A stretch of 63,443 nucleotides of DNA, the filler included, from Reticulomyxa filosa (taxonomy: Eukaryota > Protista > Foraminifera), in NCBI GenBank assembly GCA_000512085.1. It is 14 parts of 14 records of this genome, joined end to end, with 100 filler letters (N's around TTAATTAATTAA, not from the genome) between each part and the next. Parts side by side here need not be neighbours in the genome. Positions count along the whole stretch, not along the records: positions 17,912 to 41,992 come from ASPP01018891.1; 13 more parts are not named here. One strand, 5' to 3'. The number at the start of each line of letters is the position of its first letter. The stretch's first letter is position 1. Both the position numbers and the translations under genes were made by a program. Under the pieces are notes generated by a model. It was not told where the DNA came from, did not search any database, and saw only the letters and a list, made by a program, of their open reading frames with translations. Shown here piece after piece: positions 27,501 through 41,992 of this stretch.

Positions 27501-30500
27501 AAGAAGCATTGGGTGACTTGCTGCTCGGAGCCAAGTTTTTCACGCGAATGTTGATCAATTTGTCGTCCGATGGATTCTTCCACGGCCCGCCTTTTCCTCC
27601 GGTTCCCAGGAAATACATAATTCCTCTGTCGTCAAACTCTTTCGGGTTTGGTCCTGGATAAAATGATTTTTGGATATACTTTTGGTATCGGGTCACTGGT
27701 TTGCTGGCTTGTGGGTCCGTGCCTAAATGAATGTGTCCGATACATACGCGAGTATCCGATTCAATGCGAGTGACACATTGTCGGATGATATTTTTCACCT
27801 TGTCATCCGGGCCTGGAGGGACATTGTTTATTAAGAACCATTGCTTGCTTGGATCGCTTTCCGCCTTCAATGAGTTCCATGCCGCTTTAAATAGTGTCTC
27901 AATGACGATATTTCTGGATACATTGATATTTCGGAAAAACTCGATTGCTGATGATAACGCCACCATTTGTTGAAGGACTTTGCCTGCGCTCATTCCTTTG
28001 GTATCGCGTTTGGCTTTGGCTTTGATCGGTGGACGACTCGAGCCACACAATCCACACTTATCTTCCTCAAATGGGTTTTTCAATGTACACACAGGGCAAT
28101 CCCATTCTTTCGAGGCCGCGTCTTTGTCGTCCTCTTTGCCGTCGTCTTCTTCTTCGTCTCCTTCTTTGTCATCCGCTCCGCCAAACGAGACTTTCGAGAC
28201 TTGTTTGCAAGAATGCGATCGCAATTTATCTGCTAACACCATCACGTCGATTAGCAATTGGAAGTAGGCTGTCACTTCGCTTACACTTTCGGTGTCAAAC
28301 AAATCGTCGGTGTCGCGACTCAATTGTTTCAATTCTTCCAATCCTTGATCGATCAAGGCCTGCGTGTCTGCATTCATCAAGTCTTGCTTGTGCTTTCTGA
28401 CGAGCGTGTCAATGGTGGCAAGAATTTGGAATGTCAACGAAAGCAAAGCCTGTTTCAATGGAGATACTTGTAATTCCGCCAATTTCCAATGCGTGAATAG
28501 CAATTGGATCATACGCACGCACAAGTGCACGCTGTGCAAATATTCCGAAGCCTCCACATAGCTCTTTATCACCACTGATTGCAGCAAAAAGCGAATCAGC
28601 CAAAAAGATAATCCCAAGTCAGGATGAATGGGGAAAACCTCAAACTCTACCAATGGACACACTTCGGGATATGATAATTTCACCCAACACTCGTGGCTGG
28701 GCACGACCACTGGCAACAATACGTCCTTTGCCATTTGACCTGCAGAGTACGTTTTCACCAAAGACTGGCACGTTTCATCCGAATATATGGCAACGCTATG
28801 AGCTGTCGATTATTCATTGATCACATTATGTTTTTTTTAATTTTTTATTTTTGTCATCAAAACAAAGAACATTAGATGATAGATATCACATAAACACATA
28901 AATACATAAATGCATATATCTGTATATGTATTTATGTATTTATGCGTTTATATGTTTATATGTATATAGCACAGTCAACGCAACTGGAATATTGAGAGCT
29001 CGGTAGCTCTGATGTTCGACTGAATACAATGACTAAGGCGCAAGCTCCGGGCACAGAGACAGCTCTGGAATACGCTCGAAGTTTGCTATCGCATTCACGC
29101 GAGTGTCGATATAAGGTGTGATTGCGACAGAAGTTTGCGGCGATATTTAGACGAAAGTCCAGTTTCTGCATCCATTCGGTGGCCAAATCGATTTCATTCA
29201 GTCCTTCGTTTTGCGCATATTGTTGCAAATTATAATGCAATTGTTCAATGTTTTCTTCATATTCCGACAAAGGCTCTCCCAATCGATTCAACTCTCGCAA
29301 ATGAATGGCTTGCTTTAATGCGGACAAAACAAAGTCGATTGGATCTTGACTCACAGGCAACGAAGATAAAGCAGTGATGGCGGCTGCGTCATTGTCTCGG
29401 TGAATTTGGGTTGAGCCTTTTCTCTTCAAAGTGCGCTTTTGCTGTAACTCCAACATGTTTTTCAAACGGGGCAATGGATTTTCAGGTTGGCAACACAATG
29501 TAAATAATGCCCTTTGCAATGCAAGCAAGACAGCTTTTTCTTCAGTCTCAATCAATGCTTGCAAGCACTCGTGACGACTTAAATATCTCTCCAACCATCC
29601 ACTGAATTTGCTCATATAATAAAAGGGTCGAACACTGCGTAGCACTCGCGATTCAAACCAGTATGCGTTTGTATTGCATTCCAACTCGTTGTAGAATTGA
29701 ACCAAAACACACTCTGAGTCTTTGTCCGTGGATCGCACTCGTCCAACTTGGCCGATGAACTTTTGTATCTGCGATGCATGCGTCAGTGACGATGTCAAGG
29801 CGTACGGGGTTACGTACACGTGTTGTCCTGGTTGAACGTCGTCGTGCATCAACGTTGTCCAATCACGGTCCGTGTCTGGGAACGTCACTCCTTCGGGCAC
29901 TCGGTTGTCACACAACACCCAAGCCACTTGGAACGAGGTCATTTCATCGCCGCTTTGTAAGGGCTTTCGGAATTGCATGGTGTAATCCGCTACTTCAAAA
30001 GGCTGGAAATATCTTCGCAAATGGTCTTGCAATCTCGGCACAATGTGCTTATCGTAGTAACGCAACAAATTGTTTTTATTGTCGCCACTGTCGAGTTTGT
30101 CGTATTGATACAGCGACTGTGAATATACCCATTTCATTTGCGACGCTTGCTCCGGTGTAATGGGACTGTCCATGTCTTGATTACGCAACGTTTGCATTGG
30201 AGCCAATGGGGTCTGCACAAAACATGGCAACATCAGATTTTCAATTTCCCACAAACGATCACGTAAAAGCAATGCTTGTGACATTGCATCTTCCACGTCC
30301 GAACTGGACAATTGACTGCGACGGACATTATTTTGTAATGCGTTTTCCAATAGCAAATGCAGTGCCTTGTCCATAAGAACGGAGCTCAAAGCACTTCGCT
30401 GCGACGACCATAGCAAGGATTCGACAACACCCATCGCACGATAGCGCAACTCACTCAGTATCAAAGATACTTCCTGTTCATTGGTTGTCGTTGTCCTCCT

Positions 30501-33500
30501 TCTTAGCTCCTCCGTCGCTGATGAAATCAATGAGGATCGACTCTTCTTTTTCACAACAATGGGTCCTTCTGCTTTCTTTTCATCTTTTTCCTCTTTCGTT
30601 TCTTCGTCACTATTTTCCCCCCCACAAATTAAAAACATTTTTTTTTTTTTTACTAAAAAAAGATAAGGGATTGATTTTCACATACGCGTGTGACGTGTCC
30701 GCTGGTAAGGTGCTAGAAAATGCCAACATTGGCAAAGGTTTTGACGTTTTTCGAACAAAGTGTAACAGGTTCGCCCATGATTTCTCGGACGAAGACAATG
30801 ACGCGGTTGAAACGTCACAGCGAACAATATCCATTAGTGTGTCAAAGATTTCTGGGTTTTCACTCAAAAGGCCAAAGATAGGCAAAAATTCACTGACAGG
30901 TGTGACGTTTTTGGCACTGATGCGGATGGTGCTTGTTGCATTGCATAGCACATCTCGCTTTTTTTGGAAGACCACATGCAATCGATCATGGAAAGTTGGT
31001 GCTTGTACCACAATTGCTGTCTCCGTCGAGCTGTTTTTGCCGCTTCCTGTTTCGACGCGTACAAAGCCACCACAGCGCAAGGGTTCTCGAAATCCGCCTA
31101 ACACGCATAATGCACCAGTAAATCCTGTCAAATCGTCTTTGCCATTTACAACCTGTGCCAATTGGGAAATGTGTTATCAAAACAAGTCTATACAAAGCAA
31201 AAAAGCACACACACATATATAAATGTAAACACAACTTGAAGTGTCTGGACCAAAATATTTTGTGTGATTTGTTGCCAGTTGGATCGAAAAGTGCCCAACA
31301 AAGTGCTGACTATCGACGTCTGACTCAGGGCCGATATAATACTTGCACTTCGAGTCAAAGTCGGTTGCGAGGGGAAACCAGCTCCGTCGTCCACAGGTGT
31401 CGTAACATCATTGCCAGATACAGCGTTGTTGTTGGCATTGTTATTGTTATATTGCTGCATATTGGACGCGGAAAACGACCTCTTGGAAAGGCCTCCACTG
31501 GTGTTGTCATTGGATGTCGTGGTTTCCTCTTGGCATTGCAGCAGCCATCGCAAGAGTGCAACAATTTCACTGACAACGCTTCGAGCAACATTGGCGCTGA
31601 AAATAAGTTGGGTTTGATTATTCAGCGAATGCTTGGCGCATTTGACATTGGGCTCTTCTCCGTCCATGCTCAAGGAGAGGACGTAGGAGCGCGGCACAAT
31701 ACTCACGGCAATTCCCAATCGCGAAAATTCATGTGCCAATTTGCAGCACTTTTGGAAGTCTCCTTGCGGCAGCAGAATGTAATAGCCTTGCTGTTCAATC
31801 ATTTCGCTGATGCTCATAGCCGTCAGACGTGCACGTAGGATGTGACTCAAGCGGGATTCGTCTCCAATCAAAGGAGCATATCCTTTCGGAATAGGATAGT
31901 AGAAATGATTGACGTCGCAAATGAATGTGCATTTTTCATTTTTTTGCAGTGTAAACGAAGGAAACAGCCCATCTTTGCATCGAACATTGGTGAATGCGAC
32001 TCCAAGTCTTTTCCGTTCAAATAAAACTTCATTTCCTTACGATAACAGTCCAACGCACATCCGATGACATCGCCTTGTTGCCATTTGGCGGTTGTCCAAG
32101 GCTCTTCTTTGCGATGCCATTTGCGACGACGGAAGCCGTCGTAGGCCCAGGAATAAGCGTCGTCGCCGGTGCCCTGTCCGTCTTGTGTGAGATCCATGTT
32201 TGGAGTGGCCCAGCCGATTTGCTTCAGGCCTTGCGTGTCCAAATATACTTCGTAGTACCAGCGTCCTGCACAAAATCCGTAATTGCAAACTGCCGTGGCA
32301 AAGCCGTTTCGGCATTCCAAGCTCCAGCCTCGTTCGGTTTTCGATACGTTCATGCGATCTTTGATTAATCGGATTACGTGTTTGTTATCTACTGCAGCCG
32401 CTTCATTAAACAAAGGATGAGGTTTTTGAATCGCTACTGTCTTTTCGTCGATTTCTTGACTTTGTGAAGCGACTGTCGTTGTCATTGTCGTTGTCGTTGT
32501 CATTGTCGTTGTCGTTGTCGGGACCTTTTCTTGTAACAAAAGTTTTTCCGGGCTTGGCACAGACTCATTCTCCGCGCTTGCGTTTTTCTCTTCCTTTTTA
32601 TCCTCGGTCGTTGTCTGCTTCGTCGGTTCGTCTACGTTCTTTTCCTCCATCTTTTTCTCTTCCACTGCTTGAGATGTCGTTGCACTGGTCACAGATGCAT
32701 CTGGAACAACAACACTTGTCTGAACTTGTTGGGGAGCTGTTTCGTTGCCTTTTGTTCCGCGTTTTCTGGTGCTGCAGTGGCTGTTGTACTTGAGCTTGTA
32801 GTAGTAGCAGTCGTAGTTGTAGTCGTTGTCATTGTCGTTGTTGTTGTTGTAGTTGTAGCGGGCGTATTATCCGTTGTCGTTGTTGTTGGTTTTGGTGCTT
32901 CGAGACTAGCCAACTCTTTTTCTATGGCTTCCTTGATCTCTTTTTCAATTTGCGCAACTTTGAGTTCGGCGGCGGCCTTCTTTTCGTCCTTCTTTTTCTT
33001 CCTTTCTGCGTCTTTTTGTTGCTTTCGCGCCTTTGCAACGGCTTCAGCCGATTTCCAATCGACGATAAATTGTCTTCGCAAATGGTAAGCTCTCTGATTT
33101 TTTTCCGACCACTCTTTTTTATTGAGTTTGTTGTTTCTTGCTAACTTTTTCATTTGTCTTTGGTCTCGAATTTCGTGGCGTTTATTTCGTTCTTGCAATA
33201 TCTTTTGCTTCTCTGCCTCTTGAACTTTTTTCTGTTGACGCAATTCGGTTTGGTATTGCAACAAAATACGAGTGCGCACTTCTTTGCGAATTTCTTCTTT
33301 CTTCTCTTCGATCGTTTTTTCCTTTGGCGCCGCTGCTTTCAATTCCTCCGAGCGTTTTTGCAATAACGCCTCAAAGAAGTTGCGAGTTTGTGGTTTGTCT
33401 GTTGTCGATGCTCCAGGTTTACTGGACGACTTTGTCAATGACCCTTGAGGTTCGTCTGGTGCCTTTGTTATCTCTGTCGAGCTTTGTGTCAGGGGCTGCA

Positions 33501-36500
33501 CTTGCGCTGTACTAGTTTGTGTATTGCTTTGTGTGTTGCTTTGTGTGTTAGTTTGTGTTGCAGTCTGAGCAGGCACCACTTGTGGTTCCGCTGCAGGTTG
33601 AGATTGCGTGGATGGCTGTGACTGGGATTGAGTTTCTGGTTGTGCTTGAGGTTGAACTGCTGGTTGTGATTGAGATTGAGCTGCTGGCTGTGGTTCCACT
33701 GCTGTTTGCGGCTGTGACTGTGACTGTGGTTGTGGTTGTGATTGTGATTGTGGTGGCTCTTGTGGTTGAGTGGATGCACCCGTTTGTGGTGATGAATTCG
33801 AACCAATTTCTACGGTATTGTTTGCAAGAGTCGGTTCATCGCCGCTTGGTGGTTTGTGTTCAGTGACACTCGACTCTAATGATGGTTGGACTTGCGGTTG
33901 CTTTTGCGTGGTTTCCAACGACGAGTTGTTGTTTACAGTCTTGTCTACGTCTTGCACAGCACTCGAAGACGGATTGGATGAAAGTGGCTCGTCTGGTGCA
34001 CGGACTTCCAATTTTTTCTCTTCGTCTTTTTCATCCTTTTGTTCTTTTTGGTCATCTGACTCGGGTTGCTTTGCCTCGACACTGACCGCGCTGACTGTCA
34101 CCACAGTATCTAACGAAGCTGTGTTTGGATCCGCTTGAATGTTCAAAGACACTTGTGAGGACAATTCTGTTGGTGCTTGTGCTTGTGGCTGTTCGGCTTG
34201 TGCTAATGGGACAACTCGTACTTCTGCTTGTATGTCTGTGGATACGATGATATTTGCATTATCAATTACATTGGCATTGGCATTGGTATTAGCATTGGCA
34301 CTGGCATTGGCATTGGCATTGGCATCAGCATCAGCATTAGCACTTGCATTAGCATTAGCATTAGCGCTTGCATTAGCATTAGCATTAGCGCTTGCATTAG
34401 CATTAGCATCAGCATTTGCATTTGCATTTGCAGCTGTACTTGCATTTGCACCTGTATTGTTTGCCGCGTTCTCAGCAGCCAAGGACGCTTGAATGGCGGC
34501 CTCAAGCAAAGCCTCTTCGGACATTCCTTGAGGCTCGAGTTGAGTGCGTCGGAAAAACTCTTGCGATTTCAATTTGGAATAGCTGCAGGCTTCACAGTTT
34601 TCTTCTTCATTTGGATTGGGCGTTCCGCAGATGGCACACATCCATTCTGACGAGGCTTCCTCCGAGGATCGGAATCCTCCCAATCGTTGCGCTTGGGCTC
34701 TACGCACACCACATGCGGCGCACGCTCGGGACCCGGCGGGATTCATGAACGTGCATATGGGACAGCCCCATGGGTCAAAGTTGGCTGCCTCTTGTCGTGG
34801 CGGTCGACCACGTTTACCAACATTTTGTTCGTGTTGAGGTTCTTCTTCAGGTTCATCCGCGGGTGCGTTACTGTTTTTCATTGTCACGTCGACTTCATTT
34901 TTGGGTGCACCATCCTGCGTATCGCGGTTGTCGCGCCTGAGTTTTCTGGCATGTTGGGTAGAATTGGCATCGAGGTTAATGATGGCGAGTTGGACTCACT
35001 CGACTGTTTCCTTTTGTCTGCATTTTGGCTTGCGTCTGTCAATGTTATCTCATTGTCTGTTTGAGTGCTCACCTTTTGTGGCGATGATTGTTGTTGCTGT
35101 TGCTGTTGTTGCTGCTGTTGCTGTTGCTGCTGTTGCTGTTGTTGTTGCTGTTGTTGTTGTTGTTGCTGCAATGGCTGTTGTGGTTGCTGTGGTGATTGTT
35201 GTTGTAATTGCTGTGGTGATTGTTGTGATTGTTGTGATTGTTGTTGTTGTTGTTGTTGGCCTTGATTCACAACTGGAGGGAGATCTGAAGCAATAATGCC
35301 CTTTGGCTCGCTGCCAAAGGATCCAAACTCTTGAGGTGCCTTTGAAACAGAACCAAAGTACTTTACAGGCTTCTCCGTTGTCGCGTTGTCACTTTTTGGT
35401 TTTTCTTCAGTCAACAGATGAGGATTGAAGATCGAATCGGGGTTCGTTTGCGCGGCGGTATTGGTCTGTCCAAACGCAAACAGTCCATTGGGAGCACCCG
35501 TGGCATTATATCCCGTGTTCCCCCACATGGATCCGCCGAACGTGTTGTTACCCCAATCGCCCCAGTGGTTGTTGTAATGTCCTCCGGCATCATAGTAATG
35601 ATTGTGAAATGGCTTGGCGTCGCCCAAAGGTTGTGACCCACTGTTTTCTCTTTTATCGCTATGCATGTGGAAATATCCGGTAGGCACCTGGTCTTCCTTT
35701 TTCTGCAACTCCCCATGTTCCAATAGCATTTCTAAAGGATCTAGTGGAACAGGCACTCCCGGCACCGGTTCTTCGTTGTCAGTGTCGTCATCTGTCCACT
35801 CTTCCTCATCGCTGTCACAAAAGTACATGGCACCTTCTTGCTCTTCTGGCAATAGGAATTCAAATTCGGGTGATAATAATACCTCTTTCCACGTTTTGCT
35901 GCTCTCTTGTCCTTGTGCGACCACGCAAAACTGTCGAGCAGGCAGGTTTCGCGTGCTTGTGGTGGCTGCGGACTGCAATAGCAAACTACTGCGACGTTTG
36001 GACGCGCGCGTGCCTGACACAGATACACGTCTCGACTTTCCTGGATTTGTTTGGTCTTCTTTTTTGTGTTCATTTGCCTCTTTTACTTCATTCATCTCTT
36101 TGGCTTCTTTGGCCTCATTGTCCGTCTTTTCACTTGTAATTGCTTGCGTTGGCTTTTCTTGGATAACTTGAGGAATAGTGTCCGCTTCGACCAAACCAAC
36201 TGAAGATACTCTTCGGAATGCCGCTTGTGCAAACTGAGACACGACCACGTTGGACGCAGCTTCTTCCTTCGACAATGTCTCTGCTTTGCGGTGGATGATT
36301 TCCCCAATCAGCTCGATCCACTTCTTCACAATCAAAGATGGATTAACTAACTTGTTCTTTGACAATACCGGTATGCTCATCGTCGATGGCTCGATCCATG
36401 TCACTAGACGACGGGCAAGCTTCATCGCCAATTGGAACGTGTCCAAGGTGAATATCTCCCAGTTAAAAATAACATGCGACACTAATGGGAACAGTACCTG

Positions 36501-39500
36501 CTTCTCTTCCGTTGTCATATTGCCATGTCCAAATGTCACAAACAATGACAATATATTGCGAACCGAGTGATTGCATTTCGCAAACACCATTTGTTCTGCC
36601 AAGGAATTTCGAGCACTTCAAATTGCACATACACACATACACATGAAACACAAAGAGACAAACAAAAGGAGTTTTCCTTCATTGGATGGCCAGGGACATC
36701 TTTACATAAATGAATAAATAAATAAATATATAATCATACCTGGACATATTGTCCAAAGTGGTTTTCAATAAATTCAACAATGAGCGCGCAATGAAACGAT
36801 GATTTTTGTCGATACGAGTTTTGGTGAGTGCGTTGCTCGTTTGTCTTTGCAAGTTTGGACTTGGTGTCTGTCGCAAACAAGCCACAAGATATGTTACATA
36901 CAATGTTTCGACAAACACACAAAAAAGATACTTTTACATGATCAGTCGGACTCCATGTTAGACATTGATAACATAGCAATTTTAGTGCAGCCCATTGTGT
37001 GGCAAAAAATAATTGCAGCATCACAGGATCTAAACAAAGCAGAGAAGATAAATATTTGCACACATATCACAACAAACAAATTAAAAAAAAAAAAAATGAT
37101 GAAAAAGAAAAGACAAAAGGACAGTAGATAGTACCAATTTTTCGTGCTTTGTCAGAAGGGAGTGTGGTTTTGAATAGATTCAAGTTGGAGGCGAAAGGCG
37201 TAATTTGGAAACGGGTCACTCTGCCTCTCGGAGGGAAACGATAATGTCTTCGTCTGCCAAAACGACTGGAGGCCAATGGATTGACACGTCCGCGGGCTGA
37301 CATGGCTCGATTTTTGGGATCGACGCCGTATTCTTGTTCAAATTTTTGTTGTTTCAATTGTTGCTGTTGCAGATACATTTGCTCGACGTATGCTTCCTCT
37401 TTCACCCAAGGCGGCAAGTTTGGATCGTTAAACACATTTTGTAGAGCCTGGTCGTTTTCGTCTGTTTCTTCCACTTGTTCCTCTTCGACATCTTGGCCCA
37501 CAATCACGCTGATGATCATTTCTTCCAATTTGCCCGTTACTGCTAACTGACGAGCAGCGCCAATTGCCATTGTGTCCAAATCCAAAGTGGCTGGATCAAC
37601 TCCATTTTCCAATGCTTCCTCCGCAAACATTTCTCGCAAATTTAAGATTGCTTGGCGAGTATAGAATTCTCTGTTTTCCTCCAAAAATCTTTCTGGATTG
37701 CTTTTTTTTAAAAAAAAAAAAAAAATAATAAGCCAATTAAAAAAAAAATTTTTTTTTTTTTTTAAAAATACCTGTTAAATGCTTCCAAAATTTTTTTTCT
37801 CTCTTCACTCATTGGTTCTTTGGGTTGTTGTTCGTTGCTTTCTGGCTCTTCCATCTTTGATTTTTTCTTCTGTTTTTTGTGATGCTTTTTGTGTTTTTTC
37901 TTTTTCTTTTCTTGTGTTTGTACCGCGAGGGCTTCGTTTTCTTCAATGACCAGTTTCTTGTCAACGTTTGCTCCGCTGTCGACAACATTGTCAAGAGCAC
38001 TAATTTTCTCTTGCTTCGCTTTCTTTCCTTTTTCGTCTTTTCCATCTCTTTTTCTTCGGTGTTTTCGTTCGTGCTTTGATTTCTGCGATTTTTCACTTTT
38101 GGAATTGGCTTCATTCGCATTGGTCTGACTTTGAACAGGGGCCGTAGACAATGACACCTTGGATGGCTTCCTTTTGATGTCACTCAACGGCTTTGTGTCA
38201 GTGCCTTGTTTTTCGGACGGCGGTAGGCTTAAAAACAATTTATTCAACAGAGCCTCCTCGCTTTGTATCAATTGGAAGATGACGGCCAATAGCCTTTGTT
38301 CTTTGACGATTTCATGCAAATCGGCTTGAAAAGATAGACTGAAGACGTCACTCAATGCCAAGATGCGTGTCAGATAAGGCACTTCTTTGGAGTTGTTATT
38401 TAAAATCAGCGTTTTCAACACACCGACGCACTCTCCAAGTCGCGTTTGCACGGATCGACGTGTGCGTATGTCGCAACAGCCCAATCCGTCAAACAAGTTG
38501 GCAGGACGATTTCTCGGTACCAAAGGACGGTCAAAGGAACGACCTGAATTGCGCAGTGATTCGCTCAGCACGCCAACAAATTGTAATCGGCACGCTTCCA
38601 ACGTGCAGTCGCGCAATAGTTGCGACAGGTATTTCAGACCCATTTGACGATGTAATCCTCGCAATTGCTGCGATCGGGCAGTCGTGATCAAATCATTGGG
38701 GTTCAATCCTTTTTCAATCAGTTGCACGATGCTCTCCAACGGGGACAGCTTTTCGCTGACTGTCAAAGATCTTCGCTGCCAAGACTTCCATTGTTGGTAC
38801 GTGCCAATCCAATTTCGCAATCCTTCTACTCTTTGGGACAATGAGTTGTTGTTTGCCGCAGATGCAAACGGATTGGAATCTTGTGTTGTGTTCTTTGCCA
38901 GCTCTTTTTTTTTCTGTTCCATTTCTGCCAGCAAGCGCTTGTCTCCTTCTTTTTGTTTTGCTGCCGATGCACGAATTTTTTCCGGGGCTTCACTTTGACT
39001 TCGACCCAAATCCAACTGTTTCGATGTTTTTAACATTTGACGAGCAAGCAATTGTTTTTTTTTTTGTTATCCACAAAAAAAAAAAAAAAGTATATGTAGA
39101 AACACACATTGTCATCGTCATCTTCTTCTTCTCCTCGTCGAACTTCGATTTTTATTTCTTTGTTGTGTTGCGTCTGCTGTTGAGGTGTGCACTCGCTCAT
39201 GCTTCGAGTCAGATTCATGTCATCGTCGTCTTCTTCTTCTGCTAGGGGCGAATAGACCGGCCCTTGTTGCTTGTCGTTTGTCAACGGCTTGTCTGTTGCA
39301 TTCGTTTCGTTGTTCAGACTGAGCCTCGGCATTTGTGATTTCGCCGATGAATTGGCCTCGTCGCCTGTCCCGATTGCTTCTGCTGTTGCAGTCGTGGTTG
39401 CATTGGATGGTGTTTTCGATCCAAACAATGGCTCACTGGAATGCGAACTTCGAAACAAAAGCAAGCGCTGACACATGTCTACCACATACTCGGAGATCTG

Positions 39501-41992
39501 AATGAGGCCGTCTTTGGGCGGTTGCTTGCGCTTCAGACATTCCGCAACCTCTTTGATGTACACATTGTAATACAAACGATCGATGGTCTTTGCAATATTG
39601 AAAGGATAAAACGGAGTCTGCTTCAGTCGACACAATTGCTCCAGTTCGTCAATTTTGCTTGGCTCTCCGTATTCTTCCTCAAACAGCACAAATGGAGCTG
39701 TTGGAAATAAGGGTTTTTCTTCTTTTTTTTCCTCTGTGGACGTAGCTGCTTTTTTTTCGTTCTCATCTTTCGCCTCTGTGGCGGCTGTTGTTTGAGCGTT
39801 TTTAGCGCTTTGGCTCTCGGTCGTGTCTTTGCCACTTTCTTCTTTGGATACGTTGGACGTGTTGTCCTTTGGACCACTTTCACTGCTATGGACATCGGCT
39901 ACGTCTGCACCTATGCCTTGTGACTTTTGATGTTGCGTTTGCTTTTCCTTGAAGAGCGCCAGCTTGTCCTCGACTTCTTCGAAGTTGAACCAGTAATTCC
40001 ATTGCTTCAGCTGTTGTGCTGCTGGTTGCATCCATCGTAGGGTCAATGGTTTGATTGCGTTTGCAATGACTCGCGCTCGCTCGGATAAAATACCCAGGTC
40101 GTTGCTGCTTAATTTCTCAATGGTCGTTTTTCGTTTCGGAGAAGCAGCGCTGGACTCGTCCTCTTGACTGTTCGTTGTAATCGTGCTGCTTTGTTGTTGG
40201 CAGTATTGACGAGCGAGACTCGCAATGCCTCCGTGTTTAATCATCGCCGCTTGAATGGAACGTACGGCTCGTTTCCACTCGGACACAAATTTGGGGTTTA
40301 CCATAGGCCGACCTTGGTATTTTTCAAACAATTCGATGAGTGCGTTGGTATGACTCTTTCCTTCAACGTAGTCAAACAGGAATTGCAGGTTCTCTTTCGA
40401 CTCAATCGACACGGTGCGTGGCGGCGACAGTGCAGCGTCAAAGCACAAGTCTTTGCTCCACAAGTGGTCTTCCGTCATGGAAGGGTCTTCCAATCCCAAT
40501 GACAGCAGTCCATTGCATACAATTTTCTTGTTATGTTTGGAGCCATTGACGGGGGATGCCGCTCCTGCTCCTCCACTGCCACCTCCTGTTGTTGCATTGT
40601 CTTTGCTGTCTTCAATTCCGCCATTGGCATGCAAGTCTTTGTGTGTATTCTCCAGATTGTCGATTTCTGCATCGGACGAATATAGATAGGGGTAGAAATC
40701 ACGGTCGTGGGTGGTCAAGGGGTCTCCGCGAATCAAGCTGCCACAATACTTGGCCAGCAGCCCACAGCCAGTGGCGGTCAAATCCATGCACCACGGCAAC
40801 ACACTGGTGACGATGCCTTGTGCGATGACGCGGAAGCCCCAACGGCTGGTGCGATTGCCTTTTCCTCGCTGCGAGCGCGCAGACATGGTAATGGTGACTG
40901 TGTTGGAGGGAATGACAATGCTCGAACGTGGCCAGGACAAGCCGTAGAATGTTCCATTGGGCACCAATTCTTCGGGCGATGCTTGGTCGTCGTAAAACAA
41001 TTGGACTAGGTCCACATTGCTGACAGTGGAGCAGCGCGGATCAAATGTCAGACGTATACTGTCAGCGTGGGGGAAACGCACAGTTTGTCGGAAGATTTGG
41101 ATCCCCGAAGGATACGGGTGCGATGTCTCCAAAATCTGCACTTGTGAGGTCAGCTCTCCTGCAATCTGTTGGACAAATTGATCGTCGTATTTCGAGGCAT
41201 TGGGCAATAATTCGTTGAGCTTGTTCAATTGTTGCAAAAAGTCCCACACGCGAGGGACCAATGATGCCACCAATCCTTTGTCCCCAATGATCTTGTCACT
41301 TCCCAAAGCGGTCAACAATCCGGGAACTAATGACAACAAACTGAGACGCAAGTGCTCGCCGACTGAGTCGCTTTCGCTCTCTTCTTTCTCTGCTGCTTCG
41401 TCGGTCGACTCCAAATTTATGCTTCGTCGCTTCTTTTGGTTTGACACTTCTGCTCTTTTTCCTTTTCAGTACCACTTGCAGATGTAGATACAGGTGTAGG
41501 TGCAGGTGCAGGTGCAGATGCAGCTGCAGTGGCGGCGGTTTCAGTTGCATTGGCAGCTAATTTCTCCTTTTCTATTTTGGATTGGGTCTTGAGATATTCG
41601 ATTTGCTCTTTGACGATACGCGTACATGCAACCAATAAAATCGAAGAAAAATGTAAAAATCGTTCAAAATGACTTTTTTGAGCCTCTTCTGAGTTCCTTT
41701 TCTTTTCTTCATTTGTGTTTGTACTCGAGTTCAGATTTTGATTTGAATTTGGATTTGGATTTGCGTTTGGATTTGCGTTTGGATTTGCATTTGCATTTGC
41801 ATTTGCATTTGTGTTTGTGTTTGTGTTTGCAGATGCCCCGTTTTTGTCCAATGTTATCAACTGCGACTTTAGTATTAAATCCTTTTGCAATCCAGCCAAC
41901 AATTGAATTGCACTTTGTTCGGAAACACTGGTAATATCTTTCAATCCTAACGTATTCTTCTGTTGTACCCATAAATAAATATATATACATAT
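24566..41992 (-). CDS. Giant HECT-domain E3 ubiquitin ligase (HERC/HECTD4-like), multi-exon, 5' truncated
   Basis: C-terminal HECT (GPYRQYF, FEFLGKLIG, LPKAHTCFFHLELPKYS). Three RanBP2/NZF fingers (WxCxxCTxxN, WMCAICGTPN). UIM (SEEALLEAAIQASL). SPRY (GRWYYEV...QIGWAT...GDDAYSWAYDG). HECTD1-like galactose-binding/discoidin domain (YKLRHY...LRYWRLEG). CUB-like domain (ETSHPY...LTFDPRCST...WGFR). Collinear minus-strand ORFs over 17 kb. Confidence 0.9.
34270..34445 (-). repeat. Hexamer repeat encoding an (Asn-Ala)n tract
   Basis: (GCATTA/GCATTG)n; ANANAN in ORF 32689-34887. A similar NA/NT/NP tract lies at about 41745-41830. Confidence 0.9.
35088..35258 (-). repeat. CAA/CAG microsatellite encoding a polyglutamine tract in the HECT gene
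   Basis: (TTG/CTG)n on the + strand; QQQQ...Q in ORF 34884-36602. Confidence 0.9.

Noticed and set aside
34139-34650. ALALAL / ISISIS / MLMLM ORFs
   Set aside because: Alternative frames of the (Asn-Ala)n hexamer repeat
35065-35265. Poly-cysteine 'metallothionein-like' ORF
   Set aside because: Antisense reading of the polyQ microsatellite of the HECT gene
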